From Clostridia bacterium (lineage in GTDB: Bacteria > Bacillota > Clostridia > Christensenellales > CAG-917), in contig JAKSOR010000003.1 of assembly GCA_024405515.1 (NCBI GenBank), positions 5,655-69,654 on the forward strand: a stretch of 64,000 nucleotides of DNA, read 5' to 3'. Position numbers and translations under genes: made by a program. Below, one piece after another: positions 49,441 through 58,452 of this stretch (its first letter is position 1; the number at the start of each line of letters is the position of its first letter). The notes below the pieces were generated by a model, which did not search any database, had not been told where the DNA came from, and saw only the letters and a list, made by a program, of their open reading frames with translations.

Positions 49441-50253
49441 ATGGGCGAATGCACACATGACTGTAACAACTGCACCGAAAAGTGTGAGGGTGCTATTGAA
49501 TTTGAAAAACCGCATGAACTTTCAAAAATCAAAAAGGTTATCGGAATCGTAAGCGGTAAGGGCGGCGTCGGCAAATCACTCGTTACAACACTGTTATCAC
49601 TCGGTGTTGTCAAAAACGGCAAGAAGGCAGCTATTCTTGATGCTGATGTAACCGGTCCGTCTATCCCGAAAGCTTTCGGAATCAAGGGATTTATGGACAG
49701 CGATGGTACAGCATTATATCCGAGAGAATCAAAACTCGGAATCAAGGTAGTATCAACCAACCTTTTACTTGATAACGAAACAGACCCGGTAATCATGAGA
49801 GGGCCATTAATTGCAGGACTTGTAAAACAATTCTGGACAGACGTAATCTGGGGCGATGTGGACTATATGTTCGTTGATATGCCTCCAGGGACAGGAGATG
49901 TTCCACTTACAGTATTCCAGTCCATAAAACTTGACGGAATTATTATTGTAACTTCCCCTCAGGAACTTGTTTCAATGATTGTCGGCAAAGCAGTGAATAT
50001 GGCTAACAAGATGAATATCAAGATTTACGGTATTGTTGAAAACATGAGTTATATCAAGTGCCCGGATTGCGGCAAGGAAATTGATGTTTTCGGAACGAGT
50101 AAAGTTGATGAAGTCGCAACAGATTATGATCTTAAGGTGCTCGGACGTCTTCCGATAGAGAGAAAGATTGCCCAGGCAGTAGACCATGGCGATGTGGAAA
50201 GCCTTATCGATGAGGATTACCTTAAAGATGCTGTTAAAGCACTTGAAAAATAA
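49441..50253 (+). CDS. Mrp/NBP35 (ApbC) family Fe-S cluster carrier ATPase
   Basis: Deviant Walker A GKGGVGKS and the CPDCG motif. N-terminal Cys-rich CTHDCNNCTEKC. Starts 1 nt after the upstream stop. Confidence 0.8.
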   Translation: MGECTHDCNNCTEKCEGAIEFEKPHELSKIKKVIGIVSGKGGVGKSLVTTLLSLGVVKNGKKAAILDADVTGPSIPKAFGIKGFMDSDGTALYPRESKLGIKVVSTNLLLDNETDPVIMRGPLIAGLVKQFWTDVIWGDVDYMFVDMPPGTGDVPLTVFQSIKLDGIIIVTSPQELVSMIVGKAVNMANKMNIKIYGIVENMSYIKCPDCGKEIDVFGTSKVDEVATDYDLKVLGRLPIERKIAQAVDHGDVESLIDEDYLKDAVKALEK

Positions 50254-50699
50254 TGGACAGAAAAGAATTAGCATCTAATTATTTTAAAGAAGGGTACAGC
50301 TGCTCACAGGCAGTTGTACTTGCATTTAAGGATTTAATAGATCTGGATGAGGAGACACTAATTAAGGTCGCATCTTCTTTCGGCGGCGGTATGGCCAGAA
50401 TGAGGGAAGTGTGCGGATGTGTGTCAGGAATGTTTATTGTGGAAGGACTTCTCCACGGGTATACGGACCCGAAAGCCGGAGATGAAAAAACAAAGCATTA
50501 CACTAATCTTCAGAGTATTGCTGCAAAATTCAGAGAGGAAAACGGAAGTATTATATGCCGTGAACTTTTGGGAGGAGTGCAGTCTACAAATCCGGCACCA
50601 GATGCAAGAACACCTGAATATTATAAAAAGAGGCCGTGTGCAGAACTTGCCGGTCTGGCTGCGGAAATTCTGGATAATTATCTAAAAGATAAGAAATAA
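50253..50699 (+). CDS. C_GCAxxG_C_C family (putative redox-active) protein
   Basis: GYSCSQAV, CGCVSG, ICRELL and PCAEL give the ordered Cys pattern of the family. 148 aa. TAATG overlap with the upstream gene. Confidence 0.7.
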   Translation: MDRKELASNYFKEGYSCSQAVVLAFKDLIDLDEETLIKVASSFGGGMARMREVCGCVSGMFIVEGLLHGYTDPKAGDEKTKHYTNLQSIAAKFREENGSIICRELLGGVQSTNPAPDARTPEYYKKRPCAELAGLAAEILDNYLKDKK

Positions 50700-50700
50700 A

Positions 50701-50728
50701 AGAAGCGGGTTCAAAAGAATCCGCTTCT
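50701..50728. terminator. hairpin between convergent genes
   Basis: agaagcgg (50701-50708) pairs with ccgcttct (50721-50728) with a 12-nt loop. An A-tract upstream serves the minus strand. Confidence 0.55.
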
Positions 50729-50744
50729 CATATATGGCCGTAAT

Positions 50745-52487
50745 TTATTCGGTTAAACCGGACATATACTCAAGATATGCAGCAGCAGTTTTATCTGCTT
50801 CCTCTTTGGATGATTTGGATGTTGCTACGTAGAATTTAAGTTTCGGTTCTGTCCCGCTCGGTCTTACGCAGATCCAGTCTCCGTTATCAAGATGAATCTT
50901 CACAGCATTTGTTTTAGGAAGAGTAAGCATAACTTTTGTTCCGTCCGGGAAAATCTTTACTCTGTCATTGAGGTCGCTTACTGCAATTACTTCTGTTCCT
51001 GCAATTTCGGTAAACTTGGTATGACGGAGTTTTACCATAATCTCTCTCATTTTTTCCATTCCGTCTATTCCGCCGAATGCTATTGATTTTGCTTTTTCTG
51101 TGAAATAACCGAATTTTTTAAAGAGTCCCTGAAGAACATCATATATTTTTTTGTTTTTGGATGTGTAGTAACATACCATCTCAGCAAACATCATTGATGC
51201 AACCACTGCATCTTTGTCTCTTGCATGTGTTCCGATAAGGGAACCATAGCTTTCTTCAAAACCGAACAGATATTCAAACTCTCCTGATTTTTCCCATTCA
51301 GCTATTTTTTCTCCGATGAACTTAAATCCGGTAAGGACATCAAATGTCGTGACTCCGAAAGAATCAGCGACTTTCTTTGCCATTTCCGTAGTTACAATGG
51401 TTTTTACTATCGCACCGTTTTTAGGAAGAGTTTTTGTTTCCTTTTTTCTGGTGAGAATATAGTTGCAGAGGAGAACACCTATCTGATTGCCGTTTAAAAG
51501 AACGAATTCTCCCTTATCGTTTCTTATGGCAATGCCCATTCTGTCGGAATCAGGATCTGTTCCTATTACGATATCACTTCCGATTTTGTCAGCAAGGTCA
51601 ATGCCCATTTTTAAAGTATCTGCCTCTTCAGGATTAGGAACCCTGACTGTGGAGAATTCAGTATCTGGTTCAGCTTGCTCTTTTACAACATTCACTGTAA
51701 TACCCATTCTCTTGAGAATGGTAGTAACAGGCATATATCCGCTTCCGTGTACAGGAGTGTAAACAATCTTTATGTCTTTACCGAATTCTTTGACTGCTTC
51801 AGGGGAGAGAGCAAGCTTTTCAATGGCATCAAAATATCTGTTATCAACATTTTTGCCGATGATTTTAATGTATTCATCTGCCATGACATCGTTTTTGCCT
51901 TTTATGGATTCGGCATTTAATTCAACAGATGCTTCCTCAATCCCGAAATACGGCGTTTTCTCAATGAATTTTACAACCTTCTCTGTATTTTCAGGTGACA
52001 TCTGGGCGCCGTCATCACCATAAACTTTGTATCCGTTGTAGATCTTCGGATTATGTGATGCTGTAATCATAATCGCCGCAACTGCATTTAAATCTCTTAT
52101 TGCGAAAGAGCATACAGGGACTGGTCTTACCGATTCAAAAAGGAATACGTTTATTTTGTTTGCACTTAATACTTTTGCAGCACAGATAGCAAACTCGGAA
52201 GAGAATTTTCTTGTATCGTATGAAATGACAACACCGCGTTTTTTTGCATCCTCACCGAGAGAGCAAATGAAATCAGCAAGTCCTTTTGTTGCTCTTTTTA
52301 CAGTGAAAACATTCATTCTGTTTGTACCGAGATCAAGAACTCCTCTCATGCCGGCTGTTCCGAACTCAAGCGGACCCCAGAACATTTCCTTACGCTCATC
52401 TTTTGTAAGTTCTCTGAGCCTGTATTTCTCATCTTTTGAAAGTTCTTCACTTTCAAGCCATTCATTATAACTTTCTGTAAAATCCAT
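50745..52487 (-). CDS. pgm: phosphoglucomutase / phosphomannomutase (alpha-D-phosphohexomutase)
   Basis: Active-site TASHNP, the Mg loop DPDSDR and a C-terminal RPSGTEPK. 580 aa. Confidence 0.9.
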   Translation of the reverse strand: MDFTESYNEWLESEELSKDEKYRLRELTKDERKEMFWGPLEFGTAGMRGVLDLGTNRMNVFTVKRATKGLADFICSLGEDAKKRGVVISYDTRKFSSEFAICAAKVLSANKINVFLFESVRPVPVCSFAIRDLNAVAAIMITASHNPKIYNGYKVYGDDGAQMSPENTEKVVKFIEKTPYFGIEEASVELNAESIKGKNDVMADEYIKIIGKNVDNRYFDAIEKLALSPEAVKEFGKDIKIVYTPVHGSGYMPVTTILKRMGITVNVVKEQAEPDTEFSTVRVPNPEEADTLKMGIDLADKIGSDIVIGTDPDSDRMGIAIRNDKGEFVLLNGNQIGVLLCNYILTRKKETKTLPKNGAIVKTIVTTEMAKKVADSFGVTTFDVLTGFKFIGEKIAEWEKSGEFEYLFGFEESYGSLIGTHARDKDAVVASMMFAEMVCYYTSKNKKIYDVLQGLFKKFGYFTEKAKSIAFGGIDGMEKMREIMVKLRHTKFTEIAGTEVIAVSDLNDRVKIFPDGTKVMLTLPKTNAVKIHLDNGDWICVRPSGTEPKLKFYVATSKSSKEEADKTAAAYLEYMSGLTE

Positions 52488-52585
52488 ATAAGCACCTCTA
52501 AAACTACTTTAAATATTATATATTTAATCGCAAATAGGTGTCAATATTGATTGCTTTTATATCCTTCAGATGATATCTTATTGTT

Positions 52586-53314
52586 ATGCCAAAACTTTAT
52601 GCTTTAAAAGTAAATCACCTGTTTTATGATGTGGAGTATTTTACTTCCATCTCTTCGACAAGCACATACCTGAAAAACAAAAAAGAATTAAGGGAAGGTA
52701 TGACGGTTGTTGCTGCAAAACAGACAAAGGGAAGAGGCAGGGACGGAAAGAAATTCTATTCTCCTTCCGGTGGTCTTTATTTCAGTTTTGTTTTAAAACC
52801 TGATGAAAAAATCATGAGTTATATTACTCCGCTTGTCGGAGTGGCGTGCAGGGAAGCAATCTCCCAGCTTGGCGGTGATGATGTCAGAATAAAATGGGTC
52901 AACGATATATATCTTGATGATAAAAAAGTCTGCGGCATTTTAGCTGAAACAAAGATTATCGGCGAAGATAAATTTGTTATAATAGGTGTCGGAATCAATA
53001 CGTCGAAGCCACGATTCGGATTTAATAAGAAAATCAGAGATATTGCAGGAATCGTATGTTCAGATGTACCAAACGAGAACTTAAACACCCAGATACTGAA
53101 TATCGTTGAAAAGTATTATAAGAAATTTAACAAGGCTCAGCTCTTGGATAAGTACAGACAATTTTCTAATGTAGAGGGCCGCAGTGTAATAATAAAATCA
53201 ACCGGGGAAAAGGGGAAAGTAAAGGGCATCGATGATGAGTTCAGACTTGTTGCCACACTCCAGGGCGGAACGGAAAAAACTTTGCTGTCGGGTGAGATAG
53301 AATTTACTGATTAA
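52586..53314 (+). CDS. birA: biotin--[acetyl-CoA-carboxylase] ligase, class I (no HTH)
   Basis: GRGRDGKKFYSPSGGLYFS and KWVNDIYLDDKKVCGILAE. 242 aa with no N-terminal DNA-binding domain. Confidence 0.85.
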   Translation: MPKLYALKVNHLFYDVEYFTSISSTSTYLKNKKELREGMTVVAAKQTKGRGRDGKKFYSPSGGLYFSFVLKPDEKIMSYITPLVGVACREAISQLGGDDVRIKWVNDIYLDDKKVCGILAETKIIGEDKFVIIGVGINTSKPRFGFNKKIRDIAGIVCSDVPNENLNTQILNIVEKYYKKFNKAQLLDKYRQFSNVEGRSVIIKSTGEKGKVKGIDDEFRLVATLQGGTEKTLLSGEIEFTD

Positions 53315-53341
53315 GGACTTAAAAAGTCCTTTTTTCTTTTT
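53313..53341 (+). terminator. intrinsic terminator after birA
   Basis: aaggactt (53313-53320) pairs with aagtcctt (53324-53331), followed by ttttcttttt. Confidence 0.75.
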
Positions 53342-53403
53342 GCTATTGTTTTAACCGATTTTGTGTGGTAAAGTATTTCTATTAATAGAAATAGGAGTAA
53401 CTT

Positions 53404-54441
53404 ATGCAGAACGAAATTACAGAACCAACCAAATTACTGGATGAAAACGGCAATATTTTAAAACCTGGCTATGCCAAAAAGTTTTTATATGAGTACAACC
53501 GTGAGAATGTAAAAGCAAAAAAGACACGTCTCAAAGAATGGGATTATTACTATATTTCCAATAAAGAATTCGGTCTCTGTCTTACAACTTCAGACCTCGG
53601 ATATGTAGGTGCACTTTCTGTTACCGTAATGGATTTTGTAACACCTGCACAGTTTACAAACACATCAATTTTCTTCTTCCCGATGGGAAAACTTAATCTT
53701 CCAAGATCCACAAAGGAAGGCAGCAGTGCATGGAAGAACGGAAAAGTTGATATGCATTTTGATTTTGACGGGAAAGTAAGACATCTTTACGGTGTATATC
53801 CTAATGCGGACAAGAAAGGAACGGACCTTAAGTGGGATATCACAATCACTGACGAGCCTGAAGAATCAATGGTAATTGCAACACCATTCAAAGAAGATAA
53901 ACATTTTTATTTCAACCAGAAGATCAACTGTATGACAGCAGAAGGTTCATTCTTCCTCGGGGACAAAGAATGCGTTTTTGATAAAAAAGATTCTCTTGCA
54001 ACTCTTGACTGGGGCAGAGGCGTATGGACTTATGATAACACATGGTACTGGGGTTCTCTCCACACAAGACTTGAGGATGGCTCAACATTCGGATGGAACA
54101 TCGGCTATGGTTTCGGAGATACAACAGCTGCAGGGGAAGATATGTTCTTCTATAACGGAAAAGCTCACAAGATTGAAAGAACAAAATTCGTTATTCCTGG
54201 AGATGATGAGGGTGCACCGAGATTTATGGAAGACTGGAAATTTGTATCAGAAGACGGAAGACTCGACTGTACATTCAAACCTCTTATCGACAGATATGAA
54301 CCATTTGATCTTAAAGTCATGTGCATGATACCTCACCAGGTATTCGGTTATATCAGCGGGAAGTGTGTTCTTGATGACGGGAAAGAGATAATTCTTGATA
54401 ATGTCCTCGGATTTGCTGAGAAAGTTCATAACAAGTGGTAA
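53404..54441 (+). CDS. DUF2804-like protein
   Basis: 345 aa and beta-rich. KEWDYYYI near the N-terminus, DWGRGVWTYDNTWYWG in the centre and a C-terminal GFAEKVHNKW fit my recollection of the DUF2804 family pattern. Not verified. Confidence 0.5.
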   Translation: MQNEITEPTKLLDENGNILKPGYAKKFLYEYNRENVKAKKTRLKEWDYYYISNKEFGLCLTTSDLGYVGALSVTVMDFVTPAQFTNTSIFFFPMGKLNLPRSTKEGSSAWKNGKVDMHFDFDGKVRHLYGVYPNADKKGTDLKWDITITDEPEESMVIATPFKEDKHFYFNQKINCMTAEGSFFLGDKECVFDKKDSLATLDWGRGVWTYDNTWYWGSLHTRLEDGSTFGWNIGYGFGDTTAAGEDMFFYNGKAHKIERTKFVIPGDDEGAPRFMEDWKFVSEDGRLDCTFKPLIDRYEPFDLKVMCMIPHQVFGYISGKCVLDDGKEIILDNVLGFAEKVHNKW

Positions 54442-54443
54442 GA

Positions 54444-55166
54444 ATGGAATATACAGGCGAAGGAATAAATGCACTTGTTTGTGCAATGGATGATCTTGAG
54501 AATGCAAGTCTCATCTTTGTGGATCAGCGACTCAGAACTGTGCTCAGATGCATAGCTTATTATCCTGAATTCAGGGATGTTCTTGCATACTGTAATCAGA
54601 ACTTTGATTATGAGAACGAAAAAAGGAAAGCACTTGGCAAAATAGGTGAGACATATGTACTCCGTCTCCCTAAGAGCCCTAAAAATATGGTGGCTTTCGT
54701 ATCTCAGCTTCTTGTTGAGTTTGATGCCGGTCTCATTGATATTGTCACATTTGCAGGGAAGTATTATCCGCAGGAAAATAAACAGGACAGTTATAAGGAA
54801 CTTTATTTTAAAGTTCTTGAACCATTTAAGTTTGCTATTGTGAAATTTGTGACCGACGGAATAAATGATGCAGGTCCTGTGATTGAGAAAAAAGTGGATT
54901 TTGCTCCTGAAGGACTCCACCAACAGACAGAATATCTCCTTGTTAATATGGTGAAGGCTGTACAGGAAGCAGAAATAGAAACAAAAGACAGAGAAGAGTT
55001 CTCTGTTATGCTAGAAGGGTTCGCCAGCGCACTTGATTCAAGGGATTCGCTTTTAATCAAAGCGGTATGGCTTGGCCTTAGCAGAGCACTTGAATCGAAA
55101 CATCTTTGCAGTACTGAGATAGATAAGGTCAATGAGGTTTTTAAATTGTTCCTCATTGTAAAATAG
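54444..55166 (+). CDS. hypothetical, predicted all-helical protein (240 aa)
   Basis: ORF immediately follows the DUF2804-like gene; the GTG at 54435 would overlap it and the first ATG is at 54444. No motif recognised. Confidence 0.45.
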   Translation: MEYTGEGINALVCAMDDLENASLIFVDQRLRTVLRCIAYYPEFRDVLAYCNQNFDYENEKRKALGKIGETYVLRLPKSPKNMVAFVSQLLVEFDAGLIDIVTFAGKYYPQENKQDSYKELYFKVLEPFKFAIVKFVTDGINDAGPVIEKKVDFAPEGLHQQTEYLLVNMVKAVQEAEIETKDREEFSVMLEGFASALDSRDSLLIKAVWLGLSRALESKHLCSTEIDKVNEVFKLFLIVK

Positions 55167-55174
55167 GTGAAAAG

Positions 55175-56695
55175 ATGAAGAAAAAATTGGTCGCCATTTT
55201 GCTTGTTGTGGCACTTTGTGCAGGAATGTTTGCAGCATTTACGGGATGCAACAAAGACAATGGACCTCAGAAAAAAGATAAGGCAATAATTTATGTAACG
55301 GCACTTTTCAGCGGCGGACTTTATGATTCAAAGACAAATACTGCCGTATGGGAACCTGTTTCAGAAGAATTCAGGATATATGATTATGTTGACCGCACTA
55401 CCGGAGCACTTGATTTTTTAGGAATTCTTGATGCAATCAAGGACGGGGATTTCGGTACAAATGCTGACGGGGAACCATATGACTTAATGTCATATGTCCT
55501 TGACCAGATTGAATATGAACCGGGAAGGCTTTTATATGACCTGACACTTGATCAGGACGGTAATTCAAATAATCCCAATATTATTGCCGCAAATGATTCA
55601 CCGAAAGACAAAAACGGAAAAGTCATGGATATCAGTAATGGCGTTTTCGGAATATATAAGGATTTTATTGATGGTATCAAGGCAAAATACGGCGATGAAT
55701 ATGAAGTTGAAACATTCAACTATGACTGGAGATATTCTCCGGCTGAAGCAGGAAAGAAACTTGAGGAATACATTAATAAATGGGGATATAAGGAAGTAAT
55801 CCTTATGTCACACAGTATGGGTGGTCCGACAGTAGGAAGCTACCTTGCAAGAAGTCAGGAAAACAGAGATAAAGTAAAACTTTATATGGGATTTGCTCCT
55901 GCAACAATGGGCTCATTCGATGCGCTTTCTGTTCTCGCTTCACCTTCGGCATATATTAATAACTTCCTTAAAGGAATGGAACTTGATTCAAGCACGGAAG
56001 TTATTATCAAGGGCGTTGTAAACAGTATTTTGTCTCCGGGCGGACTCGGTGATTTCATCTACAACAACATCGGTCTTATGACACTCGTTCCATCATGGCA
56101 GCTTATTAATTCAGAGCAGTACGGCAATGGCGAATATGGTATTTATATCGATGGTACGCCGATTTCCTCAAAGGAAGACCTTTATGCTTTCTATGAATCA
56201 CAGCCATGGGCACTTTATTATGATTTCGAAAAAGATGAAGACGGAAATATAATTTCATATGATAAAGTGGTTGCTAAAGAAGGCGAGTATAAGAATGCAG
56301 ACGGGTACAAGATTAAAGAAGCAGTGGCAACACTTGAGGACTATTACGATTCATTCTATATTGACGGAAAGTATGTGATGGAACTTGTAAACTCATATTA
56401 CTTTGTAGGTACAGGTCTTGATACAACTATTACAAAACTCAATGTTACAACCAACGGCTCTGATGATCCTGCTGATTATACATACGAGGTAGTAACCGGT
56501 ACAGGTAATGAACTTTACGGAGACGGAACGGTTCCTCACTTTGCATCTATCGGTGGACTCTCCGAAGGAGAGATAAGAGATTATGATTCAAGAGTTCTTA
56601 AGTATGCCGGTAAGAATCACCTCGACGTCGGTGGAGATTTTGAACTTTTAAGCCCGAAGATTTTTGAACTTCTTAAAGGTGTTATCGGATATTAA
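55175..56695 (+). CDS. lipoprotein, LCAT/PGAP1-like alpha/beta-hydrolase (lipase/acyltransferase)
   Basis: Signal peptide with FTGC lipobox. FNYDWRYSP (the LCAT-family YDWR motif) and the nucleophile elbow SHSMGG. Confidence 0.6.
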   Translation: MKKKLVAILLVVALCAGMFAAFTGCNKDNGPQKKDKAIIYVTALFSGGLYDSKTNTAVWEPVSEEFRIYDYVDRTTGALDFLGILDAIKDGDFGTNADGEPYDLMSYVLDQIEYEPGRLLYDLTLDQDGNSNNPNIIAANDSPKDKNGKVMDISNGVFGIYKDFIDGIKAKYGDEYEVETFNYDWRYSPAEAGKKLEEYINKWGYKEVILMSHSMGGPTVGSYLARSQENRDKVKLYMGFAPATMGSFDALSVLASPSAYINNFLKGMELDSSTEVIIKGVVNSILSPGGLGDFIYNNIGLMTLVPSWQLINSEQYGNGEYGIYIDGTPISSKEDLYAFYESQPWALYYDFEKDEDGNIISYDKVVAKEGEYKNADGYKIKEAVATLEDYYDSFYIDGKYVMELVNSYYFVGTGLDTTITKLNVTTNGSDDPADYTYEVVTGTGNELYGDGTVPHFASIGGLSEGEIRDYDSRVLKYAGKNHLDVGGDFELLSPKIFELLKGVIGY

Positions 56696-56725
56696 TTTTT
56701 AAAATTAGCATTAATAAAAATAAAG

Positions 56726-56753
56726 ACCGTCAGGATTTTTCCTGGCGGTTTTA
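56726..56753. terminator. hairpin terminator between convergent genes
   Basis: accgtcagg (56726-56734) pairs with cctggcggt (56741-56749) with one G-U pair, followed by tttta. Confidence 0.65.
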
Positions 56754-56769
56754 TATATTGATTGAATTT

Positions 56770-57843
56770 TTACATTCTTGTTGATTTGTCTTCTCCGATG
56801 CCGGTCATACCATCAACGAAATATTTCTTTCCGTTAGGATCTGATACGTACCCGGAAATTGTTCCGTATGGGAGTGCATAATAACAAAGAAGCGGTATAG
56901 GCATATAGAATACTTTGCTTATTTTATAGGTTACATCCACGATACCTTCTTCTTTTTCATCAACAATATGCCATTCGTCGGCTTTTTTCTTGCCGTCTTT
57001 GTGGATGAATTTTACCGGTGGCATAGGGAATGATTCTTTTTCAAACCAGATTACGTTTTCATTATAATTGTACTGGTCTACGGACTGGTTTCTTGTAAGG
57101 TTGAAAGCAAAGAATTTCTTTTCTCCGTTGTCATCGATTGTGCCCATGGTTGTAAGCCAGTCATAATGAGCAAAGAACGGATAGAATCCTTTGTGATCAT
57201 CAATAATGCCTACGGAGTTCCCGTTTGTGTTATAGGCTTTTCCGTTTACAGTGATGTTTCCTGTTGCTTTAAAGAAATCCTTTTCGCTGTAGAGGGCATT
57301 TCTGAATGAGCCGTCTTTATTTTTTGCAAGTGGCATAACTCCGTTTGCAAGAGGGGAGATTCTTTCAAATTTGATATCAATTGAGAAGTCTCCGTTCTTT
57401 CCTTTGGACCAGCCCTTTGCTGCAGCCTTTCCGTTCATAAAATCGTTAGTAATCGTATATTCGCTGTTCTTTGTCTTAACATGACTGAAATCATCAATAA
57501 GCTGGGATGCAACTTTGGATTTTTTAACAGGAACGAGATTCCTCCAGCTGTAGATTTTATCTTCTTTTTTATCGTACCAGACAAAAATAGAAAATCCCAT
57601 AGGACCTGTTTTGTACACAGCACTAACAAGTGCTCCTTCATCCATATTCACTTCAAATGCTTCCCATTCTGTAAGACGGGACGGTTTCATGAAGTCAGGC
57701 ATTTTGCTGCCGCATGGCTTATCACACTCAAGAAGATTCAGTTTCTTGAATGGCTGATCAAATGTTCCGAAATGTACTTTCCCGTTTTCTACTACTGATT
57801 CCGGTACAGGTGCAGGGTATCTTTTTTCTGAAATGTTACTCAT
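56770..57843 (-). CDS. DUF2804-like protein (divergent second copy)
   Basis: 357 aa and beta-rich. LTEWEAFEV, IIDDHKGFYPFFAHYDWLT and GIGEDKSTRM sit at the same relative positions as the motifs of the 53404 protein. Confidence 0.4.
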   Translation of the reverse strand: MSNISEKRYPAPVPESVVENGKVHFGTFDQPFKKLNLLECDKPCGSKMPDFMKPSRLTEWEAFEVNMDEGALVSAVYKTGPMGFSIFVWYDKKEDKIYSWRNLVPVKKSKVASQLIDDFSHVKTKNSEYTITNDFMNGKAAAKGWSKGKNGDFSIDIKFERISPLANGVMPLAKNKDGSFRNALYSEKDFFKATGNITVNGKAYNTNGNSVGIIDDHKGFYPFFAHYDWLTTMGTIDDNGEKKFFAFNLTRNQSVDQYNYNENVIWFEKESFPMPPVKFIHKDGKKKADEWHIVDEKEEGIVDVTYKISKVFYMPIPLLCYYALPYGTISGYVSDPNGKKYFVDGMTGIGEDKSTRM

Positions 57844-57920
57844 AACTTTTCTCCTGATTTGATACTGAAAATCTTAACACAAAGATTATTAGTTTTCAAT
57901 ATTTATAGCAAACAAATGTA

Positions 57921-58289
57921 TTATATTTCTATATGTGTTTTGTAGTGAGATTCTCTGAAAGAAACGGCATTGAAAATTTCTTCTTCAGAAAAAGTCATAC
58001 CTACAGGACATGCTACCAGTTTGTCTTCTACATCATTTTCCCTGTGAATTGTGGCAATTATTTTCCCGTGAAATGTTTGGAGTGGTTCGTTAATGCCTAT
58101 TATGTAAACATCAAGTTCTTCTCCATCACCGCCAAAAACGCCACTTATAAAACCATAATTAACAGGATAAACTATTGTTTCTGTGTTTTTATGGTGTATG
58201 TATCCAATCGGCCTGTCAATGGTGACATCGACTTCTTTATGCATAAAACTGTCTATTAGGTTCTGTCGTTCTTCTTTTGTCATTTGCAT
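57921..58289 (-). CDS. short inorganic-pyrophosphatase-like protein (122 aa)
   Basis: YPVNYGFISG and GDGEELDVYIIG resemble family I PPase YPxNYGFIP and DGDPLDV. About 50 aa shorter than canonical enzymes. Confidence 0.5.
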   Translation of the reverse strand: MQMTKEERQNLIDSFMHKEVDVTIDRPIGYIHHKNTETIVYPVNYGFISGVFGGDGEELDVYIIGINEPLQTFHGKIIATIHRENDVEDKLVACPVGMTFSEEEIFNAVSFRESHYKTHIEI

Positions 58290-58452
58290 TCCTCATATGT
58301 ATGATAACCCTTCTTTATGCATGTGTACAATTGTTTGAATCAGGTTTTTCAGTTCGCTAATTAAAAAATTATTGAAATTAGTTTTCTTATTTGATAAAAT
58401 ATTTTGGTTAAGGAATATATATGCGCAAATACGTATGCGGGAGTGTAAACAT

